64,000 nucleotides of DNA, taken from positions 2,688,001 through 2,752,000 of the forward strand of contig CBDBZU010000004.1 of the NCBI GenBank assembly GCA_965213625.1, written 5' to 3'. This stretch comes from a bacterium. Its GTDB lineage: Bacteria > UBA8248. The translations under genes and the position numbers were made by a program. Below the pieces are notes generated by a model. That model searched no databases, had not been told where the DNA came from, and saw only the letters and a list, made by a program, of their open reading frames with translations. This document shows positions 57,655-64,000 of this stretch, in pieces (positions within the stretch are counted from its first letter, which is position 1; each line of letters opens with the position of its first letter).

Positions 57655-58020
57655 ATGAAAATGCCGGAAAAATCAGTGGTGGACATTGCAAAAACGGCTT
57701 TTAAGCCCGTGGAGTGGGGGCAGACGAAAATTCTGGTCAGTCCGACAGCGAACGGCTCAGAGCATGTGCGCGTAGGACTCACCGAGTACGATCCCGCTAC
57801 CCCGCATGAGCCGCACGCGCATCCAGGGCAGGAAGAAGTCATCTGGGTGCTGAGCGGGCGGGGCTATACGGAAACGCACGGCGAGAAAATAGACCTCTAC
57901 CCGGGGGCAGTGGCTTTCATTCCGGCAGGGATGGAGCACAAGACGGCGGCTGTGGGTGAGAAGATGCAGGCCATCATCATCAAAGGACCGGTCCGAGATG
58001 CGGACGGGGTGCTGAGTTAA
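57655..58020 (+). CDS. Cupin domain protein
   Basis: H.H..QEE..VLSG.G and G...FIP.G..H motifs. Confidence 0.88.
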   Translation: MKMPEKSVVDIAKTAFKPVEWGQTKILVSPTANGSEHVRVGLTEYDPATPHEPHAHPGQEEVIWVLSGRGYTETHGEKIDLYPGAVAFIPAGMEHKTAAVGEKMQAIIIKGPVRDADGVLS

Positions 58021-58083
58021 AAGGATCCCGGAACGGAAAATGCGTCGGGTGAGGGCAATTGAAGCCCACGAGGGTGTGAGTTT

Positions 58084-59130
58084 TCAGGGGGCGGATATCA
58101 ATACACGATCATCCTGAACTTCCAGCTTGGTTCCGAAAGGCTCGTTGAGCGCCTCCATGACGCCTGTGATTCTGCGGCCTTCTCCCCGGCTGGGAGAATG
58201 GAGCCTGGGTTTTGAGAATACGCCTGCCGTCACGGGCATCAGATAGAGTTCTCTCACTCCCTTTTTGGTCAGGGTGCAGCCGAACAGGAAGGTGTCGTGC
58301 GTTTCGTCGGTGAAGAAGGGGATATTGAAGTCGAAAATCAAATTTCCCATGCTGTAAACGATGGGCGCGCCCTTGTAGAACTCAATCGCCTGGAGAACAT
58401 GCGGGTGGCCGCCTAATACCAGGTCCGCGTCGGCGTCGATGCTGGCGTGTGCGATTTCTCGTTCGAAATCCATCACCTCGTGCGTCATGCTCGTGCCCCA
58501 GTGATGGTTTACCACGACCAAGTCCGCTTTTTTCTTCAAATTCCTGATGTCGCGTTTCATGCGCGCGAGATGGGCGGGTTCCGCCCATGTGTCGATTCGC
58601 GGCGGGGTCCCGGGGTATTCAGACAGGTCGCGCCAGGGGCGATAGGCCGTGTGGGCGCGTATGGGGTTCACTCCCGGTCCGGCCGCCATGGCCTCGAACC
58701 CCCTCGGGATGACGGAGCAATACGCAAGAAAGCCGACCCTGAGGCCCCCGCGCTCGATGAAGACGGGCTTTCTCGCTTGCGTGAGGTTCATGCCGCCGCC
58801 CACGAGCGCAACGCCCAGAGAGTCCATGAGCGCCATGGTTTCCGCAAAGGCGTCCTCCCCATAGTCGAGCACGTGGTTGTTCGCAAAGGCCATGACGTCG
58901 AAGCCCGCTTCTGTGAGGGCGTGAGCCATATCCGGCGAGCCGCGCAGCAGAATTTTCTCGGGCGCGGGTTTGCCGCCGCGGGAGAGGGGGAGTTCCAGAT
59001 TGGCGAATGAAATGTCCGCTTCCCGGAGGAGGGGAATCAGCTTACCGAAAGCGCCTTTCGCCTCCGCGCGGTTGATGGCGATATCCCCTCCCGCCAGAAG
59101 TTTGGGTCTATCTTTAGCGCGGGGAGGCAT
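58084..59130 (-). CDS. CapA (PgsA)-family metallophosphatase-like protein, no signal peptide
   Basis: GGDI, ANLE.P, ANNH..DYG, HWG, G.HPHVLQ, YSMGNL.F. Confidence 0.9.
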   Translation of the reverse strand: MPPRAKDRPKLLAGGDIAINRAEAKGAFGKLIPLLREADISFANLELPLSRGGKPAPEKILLRGSPDMAHALTEAGFDVMAFANNHVLDYGEDAFAETMALMDSLGVALVGGGMNLTQARKPVFIERGGLRVGFLAYCSVIPRGFEAMAAGPGVNPIRAHTAYRPWRDLSEYPGTPPRIDTWAEPAHLARMKRDIRNLKKKADLVVVNHHWGTSMTHEVMDFEREIAHASIDADADLVLGGHPHVLQAIEFYKGAPIVYSMGNLIFDFNIPFFTDETHDTFLFGCTLTKKGVRELYLMPVTAGVFSKPRLHSPSRGEGRRITGVMEALNEPFGTKLEVQDDRVLISAP

Positions 59131-59134
59131 GGGT

Positions 59135-60232
59135 TTATTCGGTGAGGCAAAGACCGTGGTCGGGTGTGAAGGAGAGATACACCTTCTGGCCGAGGTCGAG
59201 TTCCTCAAAGTGGTCGATTTGCACGCCGACCTCATGCGGGCCGACCTGGACCTGGCAGTCGAGGAAGTTGCCCAGGTACACGGTATCGATCACCTCGCCT
59301 TCGATGAGGTTCGATGCGTCGGCCGGTTTTTCGAGGTGCAGCAGGATATCCTCGGGACGGATACTCAGGATGATTTTTGCGCCTACGGGTGCGCCTTCCG
59401 CGCCGGTGGCCCTGAGGCGGACGGGTGCGCTTCCGTCACCAAGGGGAATTTCGATATCCGTCAGTTCTCCGTCGTGGCCGAGCAGCTTGCCCTCCATGAG
59501 ATTGGCCACGCCGATGAAATTCGCCACGAACGCGTTCGTGGGTTCGGCATAGATGGTTTCCGGGTCGCCGATTTGCTGGATCACGCCCTTGTCCATCACC
59601 ACGACCCTGTCGCTCATGACGAGCGCCTCTGTCTGGTCGTGCGTAACGTAAATTGAGGTGATGCCTACGTCGTGTTGCAAGCGTGTGAGTTCGATGCGCA
59701 TCTGCTCGCGCAGTTTGGCGTCGAGGTTGCTCAGGGGTTCATCGAAGAGAACGACCTTGGGGTTGTAAACGATGGCGCGAGCGAGGGCGACGCGCTGACG
59801 CTGGCCGCCGGAGAGCTTGGTGGCGTAGCGTTCGGCGAGATGGCCGAGACCCACGAGGTTGAGCGCCTTCGTTGTTTTCTCCTTGATGGCGGTCCTGGTT
59901 TCGCGGCGGATCCTCAGGCCATAGGCCACGTTGTCGAAGACCGTCATGTGCGGCCAGACGGCGTAGCTCTGGAACACCATGCCCAGGTTTCTTTCTTCGG
60001 GCGTCAGGAAAACGTCGTTAGTAGCGGAAGTGACGTAGTCTCCCTCGATTTGGATATCCCCGCTGTCGGGATGCTCGAGGCCGGCTATGCACCTCAGCGT
60101 CGTGGTTTTCCCGCAGCCCGAAGGCCCCAGCAGGGTGACGAACTCTCCCTGCTCGACGGATAAATCGATTCCTGCCACGGCCACTTCGGGCCCGAATGAC
60201 TTCACCAGTTTCGTGATTTCGACGAATGACAC
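59135..60232 (-). CDS. ABC transporter ATPase (FbpC/PotA type, TOBE domain)
   Basis: GPSGCGKTT, VFQSYA.WPH, LSGGQRQR, DEPLSNLD. Confidence 0.93.
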   Translation of the reverse strand: MSFVEITKLVKSFGPEVAVAGIDLSVEQGEFVTLLGPSGCGKTTTLRCIAGLEHPDSGDIQIEGDYVTSATNDVFLTPEERNLGMVFQSYAVWPHMTVFDNVAYGLRIRRETRTAIKEKTTKALNLVGLGHLAERYATKLSGGQRQRVALARAIVYNPKVVLFDEPLSNLDAKLREQMRIELTRLQHDVGITSIYVTHDQTEALVMSDRVVVMDKGVIQQIGDPETIYAEPTNAFVANFIGVANLMEGKLLGHDGELTDIEIPLGDGSAPVRLRATGAEGAPVGAKIILSIRPEDILLHLEKPADASNLIEGEVIDTVYLGNFLDCQVQVGPHEVGVQIDHFEELDLGQKVYLSFTPDHGLCLTE

Positions 60233-60244
60233 TCTCTTAATCCT

Positions 60245-61342
60245 CTAGGGCTTAACGGCCAGCGTATGATCGGGGTCGAGGCTTACATATACCTTTTCGC
60301 CTACGCGCAGGCGTTCTCTCGAATGCGCCAGCACCTTCCACTCGAATTCTCCCCACTTCACCCGGCAATCGAGGCAGTTGCCCAGGAATACGGACTGAAT
60401 CACCTCACCCTCGATTCTGGGACCGTCCATGGGGTTACGCGAGGCGTTCACGTTCTCGGGGCGAACGGAGAGATAGGCGTCGTCGCCTTCCGTGAGGCCG
60501 TCGGCGAGCAGGCAGGGCAGTTGCACGTTTTCGTTGCCCTGGGCTATCTCGATGGTTCCTGCTCCCGCACCGCCGTTTCCGACGATTCTGCCCTCGGTCA
60601 GATTCGCCACACCGATGAAATCGCTCACGAACTTGTTGACGGGTCGTGCGTAGATGGCGTGGGGGCCGCCCGATTGTTCGATGTTTCCCTTGCTCATCAC
60701 GATAATTTCGTCGCTCATCACGAGGGCTTCCGCCTGGTCGTGCGTCACGTAGATCGAGGTGATACCGATTTCGTGCTGAATTCGCTTGAGTTCGACGCGC
60801 ATCTGCTCCCTGAGCTTGAGATCGAGGTTGCTCAGCGGCTCATCGAAGAGCAAAAGGCGCGGCTCGAAGACCATGGCGCGCGCGAGGGCCGCCCTTTGCT
60901 GCTGGCCGCCCGAGAGCTGCGTGGCGTTTTTGTCCGCCATGTCGGTGAGGCCGACGATTTTGAGCGCATGGGCGACGCGGTCGTCGATTTCGGATTGGGC
61001 GACGTCGCGTATCTCGAGCGGATAGGCCACGTTCTGCGTCACGTCCATGTGCGGCCAGATGGCGTAGCTCTGGAACACCATGCCGATGTTGCGTTTCTCG
61101 GGAGCGATGTTGATGCGCTTCTCCATCGAGGTGACCGGGTCCGCGCCGATGCGGATCTCGCCCGCGTCCGGCTTATGGAGGCCGGCGATGCACATGAGCG
61201 TCGTGGTCTTCCCGCAGCCCGAGGGGCCGAGCAGGGTGAGGAATTTCCCCTCCGGAATGCCGAAGGAAATGCCGTCCACGGCGCGGTCGTCGCCGAAGTA
61301 TTTTACGAGGTAGTCTACCTGGAGATAGTTGTTATCAGTCAT
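60245..61342 (-). CDS. Second ABC transporter ATPase (FbpC/PotA type)
   Basis: GPSGCGKTT, VFQSYA.WPH, LSGGQQQR, DEPLSNLD. Confidence 0.93.
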   Translation of the reverse strand: MTDNNYLQVDYLVKYFGDDRAVDGISFGIPEGKFLTLLGPSGCGKTTTLMCIAGLHKPDAGEIRIGADPVTSMEKRINIAPEKRNIGMVFQSYAIWPHMDVTQNVAYPLEIRDVAQSEIDDRVAHALKIVGLTDMADKNATQLSGGQQQRAALARAMVFEPRLLLFDEPLSNLDLKLREQMRVELKRIQHEIGITSIYVTHDQAEALVMSDEIIVMSKGNIEQSGGPHAIYARPVNKFVSDFIGVANLTEGRIVGNGGAGAGTIEIAQGNENVQLPCLLADGLTEGDDAYLSVRPENVNASRNPMDGPRIEGEVIQSVFLGNCLDCRVKWGEFEWKVLAHSRERLRVGEKVYVSLDPDHTLAVKP

Positions 61343-61346
61343 AGTC

Positions 61347-63095
61347 TTATGCGGTAAGCGCCTCTTTGCCGGCTACTTTTCGGAAAATGACGACGCAAAT
61401 CAAAAGCGCGACCGTCTGCGCGATGGAAAGGGCCGCCGTCATGGGTTCATTTTCAAAGTTCGAGAGATAATACACGCCGACGGAGAGCGTCTCCGTGCCG
61501 ACGGAATACAGTATGATGGAAATAGAGAGTTCTCTCAAAAATATGACGAACAGGAGAATCCATCCGGCGAAAATGCCCGGTTTGAGAAGCGGAATCGTGA
61601 TTCTCCTGAGCGTAGTGAGCCACGAAGCCCCCGCCATGCGTGAACTCTGGTCGAGTTCTTCCGATACGGCCATCATGATGGAGGAGATGTTACGCTGCCC
61701 GTACGGGAAGAAGCGGGTGATGTAGCCGAGCAGAAGAATCCAGAGTGTGGCGTAGATGGGCGTCTTGATATAAGTGACGAGAACGCCCATGGCCAGCACG
61801 ATGCCGGGGAACCCGATGGGAATCACGCTCAGGAAATCGAGCATTTTCGAACCGAAGCCCTTGGTGCGGTGGATCATATAGCTCACGATGATGGCCAGCA
61901 CCATGGCGAGCGAAGCGCCGCCGAACGCGAGTATGAAGCTGTTGATGATGCCGTTGGTGGCCGCGTCGATGCTCTCGGGCCACCAGAAAAAGAGCACTTT
62001 CTGGTAGTTCCAAAAAGTGAGTTCCGACCAGATGACGCTCCCCGACCAGATTTTGTGAAGACTCACGAATAAAAGACAGATGATGGGAAGAATAACGGCG
62101 ACGCACACGTAGAACACGTTGTAACCGAAGGCGAGCCACTTCCAATTGCCCAGGTCGATGAGATTCGGCCGGAAGCCCTTGCCGGTCACCGTCGTATAGG
62201 CCCGAGGCGCGATGATTCTGTGCTGAATCCAGATGAAAAACGCCGTCACCACGCCCACCACCATGCTCATGGCGGCGCCCAAGTAGTGGTTCGCGTCATC
62301 ACCCACCGCTTTTGTGAAAATCTGCGTGGTCAGCGTCTCCCAGCCGAACGGAGCGGAAAGCTTGAAGGGTACGCCGAACTCCCCGGCCGTCGTCACGAAC
62401 ACGATGATGGCGCCCGAGAGAATCGCGGGCGTCACCAGGGGCAGGGTGATTGTCATGGTGGTTCTCAATAGGCCCGCTCCCGTCGTCCGCGCGCTGTCCT
62501 CGAGCGAGGGATCCATGCGCCTGAGCGAACCCACCACGAACAGGTAGACGAGGGGGGCGAAGAAAATCCCCGTCACCCAGATGACGCCCCACAGATTATT
62601 CACGTTGAAAAGCGGGAAAGAAATGCCAAAGAAACTTTTCGCCATGTTGTTTAGAAGGCCGACTTTCGGGGAGGCCAGGTTGTGCCAGGCGATGGCGCCG
62701 ACGAAAGGACTCAGGAAGAAGGGGATGAGGTTGAAAGGTTCGAGTTGTTCTCTAAACGGGCAATTGGTTCTCGCGTTGATCCATGCGAGCGATACGCCCA
62801 GCAGCGTGGCGAGAATAGTGCAGCCTGTGCTGATGAGTGCGGTATTGACGAGGGCTTTTCTGATGACGCGGCCCTGGAATACCTCCCTGTAGTTCTGGAG
62901 TCCCCACTCGGTGTCGAAGCCCAAGTCGTCGAGCACCAGAAAGCTGTTGATGACGAGCGCGATTAGCGGCAGGAAGACCGCCACCGCCACGATGAGGCCG
63001 ACTATGGTCGTGATGAGGTTCTCCTGCGTGAACCATGTGCGCCAGCCCCTCGGTGGGGCAACGTCGATATGAGGTGATGCGGTGTCTGTGGTCAT
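61347..63095 (-). CDS. ABC transporter double-domain permease (FbpB/ThiP type)
   Basis: Two EAA-like loops (DPSLEDSARTTGA; ELDQSSRMAGA), ~12 TM helices. Confidence 0.92.
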   Translation of the reverse strand: MTTDTASPHIDVAPPRGWRTWFTQENLITTIVGLIVAVAVFLPLIALVINSFLVLDDLGFDTEWGLQNYREVFQGRVIRKALVNTALISTGCTILATLLGVSLAWINARTNCPFREQLEPFNLIPFFLSPFVGAIAWHNLASPKVGLLNNMAKSFFGISFPLFNVNNLWGVIWVTGIFFAPLVYLFVVGSLRRMDPSLEDSARTTGAGLLRTTMTITLPLVTPAILSGAIIVFVTTAGEFGVPFKLSAPFGWETLTTQIFTKAVGDDANHYLGAAMSMVVGVVTAFFIWIQHRIIAPRAYTTVTGKGFRPNLIDLGNWKWLAFGYNVFYVCVAVILPIICLLFVSLHKIWSGSVIWSELTFWNYQKVLFFWWPESIDAATNGIINSFILAFGGASLAMVLAIIVSYMIHRTKGFGSKMLDFLSVIPIGFPGIVLAMGVLVTYIKTPIYATLWILLLGYITRFFPYGQRNISSIMMAVSEELDQSSRMAGASWLTTLRRITIPLLKPGIFAGWILLFVIFLRELSISIILYSVGTETLSVGVYYLSNFENEPMTAALSIAQTVALLICVVIFRKVAGKEALTA

Positions 63096-63322
63096 AGCTG
63101 TATCAGATAAAATCTTTCCGGCGAATCATGCGCCGCCTTCAAAAGTTTCTCCCCACAAGCAAGTGCGCTGATTCGCGGGGGGAGTCAGTTAATAGAATAT
63201 CATCACGGCTCACTATCTCGCGAAGGCTCCGCCGGGCTTGCGGCTGATGCGCTCTCGGCCATCCCCGGCTGAATCCTCGCGGCATGGCGGGCCGCTCATT
63301 TCCCGTTTCATGATAAAAACCG

Positions 63323-63360
63323 AAAGGGTGGGAGCCCCTATTAAGGGGCTCCCACCCTTT
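63323..63360 (-). terminator. Perfect 17-bp hairpin downstream of substrate-binding gene (terminator/mRNA stabiliser)
   Basis: AAAGGGTGGGAGCCCCT-ATTA-AGGGGCTCCCACCCTTT, followed on the minus strand by CGGTTTTT. Confidence 0.8.
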
Positions 63361-63383
63361 TCGGGCAACAACCGATATTCGTC

Positions 63384-64000
63384 CTACTTGAAGCGCTTGA
63401 TGAATTCGGCGCGCGTCGCCTTGAACTTCTTCTGCGCTGACACCCAGTCCTTGAGACCCAGCAGCTTATGCTTGCTGAGGTCGAGGAGGTAGGGAGCCAC
63501 AACCTTAGGTGGCTTGTAACCTGCGCGGAAGCTGTAGACGGCCTCGCCTTCCACGTATACGTCGGTGCCCTCTTTGGTGAGGAGGAATTCAACCAGTAGT
63601 TTGCCGGCGTTGGGGTTCGGCGCGCCGTTCAGGACAGCCGCCTGGTTGCCCAGCATGACCTGGCCTTCTTCGTAGTAGCCTATCTTGAGGACTTTAGCGA
63701 GGTCGGGCTTCTTGATGACGTTCTGATACACACGGCCGGTAATGTTCCAGGGGTCGAGGCCGCGCTCGCAGTTGATGAGCACCTGCATCTTGGGCTCCGT
63801 GCGGAACATGACGACGGGCTTCGTGGCTTTCAGGGCGTCCCAGTACTTGTTCATGTCCATGCCGTTCTCGATGAGCGAGATGACGGTGTTGGTGTAGGTG
63901 AAGCTCTTTGTGATATCGCCGGCGATGGTCTGGCCCATCACGTTCTTCGCGATGGTGTCGGCATACTTCGTCACGTTGATGTTCTTCATGCCCTTGCAGG
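63384..64000 (-). CDS. ABC substrate-binding protein (FbpA/ThiB-like class), 5'-truncated by the window edge
   Basis: C-terminal GAPNPNAGKLLVEFLLTKEG motif typical of class II binding proteins; frame open to the window end. Confidence 0.8.
   Translation of the reverse strand, partial: CKGMKNINVTKYADTIAKNVMGQTIAGDITKSFTYTNTVISLIENGMDMNKYWDALKATKPVVMFRTEPKMQVLINCERGLDPWNITGRVYQNVIKKPDLAKVLKIGYYEEGQVMLGNQAAVLNGAPNPNAGKLLVEFLLTKEGTDVYVEGEAVYSFRAGYKPPKVVAPYLLDLSKHKLLGLKDWVSAQKKFKATRAEFIKRFK

Noticed and set aside
58084-59130. Poly-gamma-glutamate capsule locus linking CapA with the ATP-grasp/DUF1611 operon
   Set aside because: The loci are ~46 kb apart, capB/capC are absent, and CapA-family genes are common without capsule synthesis.
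31688-59235. Long N-terminal extensions given by the ORF track (31688-33118, 32702, 35943, 39005, 42218, 44156, 56474, 59235)
   Set aside because: They overlap neighbouring genes or promoters; internal starts with RBS or family-typical N-termini were used instead.
444-63592. Numerous long antisense or alternate-frame ORFs in the six-frame track (e.g. 17079-18278 -, 36207-37337 -, 47861-49267 +, 60266-61357 +)
   Set aside because: They overlap well-supported genes, carry no recognisable motifs, and are expected shadows of high-GC3 coding sequence.
1-64000. CRISPR array, tRNA/rRNA, transposase, integrase or prophage genes
   Set aside because: No regularly spaced direct repeats, RNA-gene signatures or mobile-element motifs were seen by eye; a covariance-model scan would be needed to exclude small RNAs.

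Overview
GC-rich bacterial chromosome segment with about 58 densely packed genes. I saw no rRNA, tRNA, CRISPR array or recognisable mobile element. The gene content loosely suggests a Nitrospinota/Tectomicrobia/deltaproteobacteria-like lineage (weak inference). In order: endonuclease V; a stand-alone membrane-anchored 8-CxxCH cytochrome c; an unusual minus-strand operon (two divergent ATP-grasp ligases, a DUF1611-like P-loop protein, an NTT/TLC-like transporter-HEAT-cNMP fusion) facing a divergent ATPase-less peptide ABC importer plus HDAC-family deacetylase; TetR-HtrA-CopA-CopZ; small redox enzymes including an AhpD/CMD-family protein with an in-frame UGA in a CxxU motif and a SECIS-like hairpin (probable selenoprotein, split by the ORF track); a DUF3090/SCO1664-like pair; a SuyAB/UxaA + Ldh_2 + Zn-ADH + SDR cluster (possible sulfonate catabolism); a frameshifted Old Yellow Enzyme; a Liv-type ABC transporter; a triple-fused Rid protein; a desaturase with a long amphipathic tail; ilvC; a ccm operon with a Cys-type CcmE (CPSKF); and an Fbp/Pot-type ABC transporter with two ATPases and a CapA-family gene. 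The best candidate for an undescribed system is the ATP-grasp/DUF1611/NTT-HEAT-cNMP + peptide ABC/deacetylase locus (4100-16430). All family assignments come from motif recognition by eye, not from database searches.
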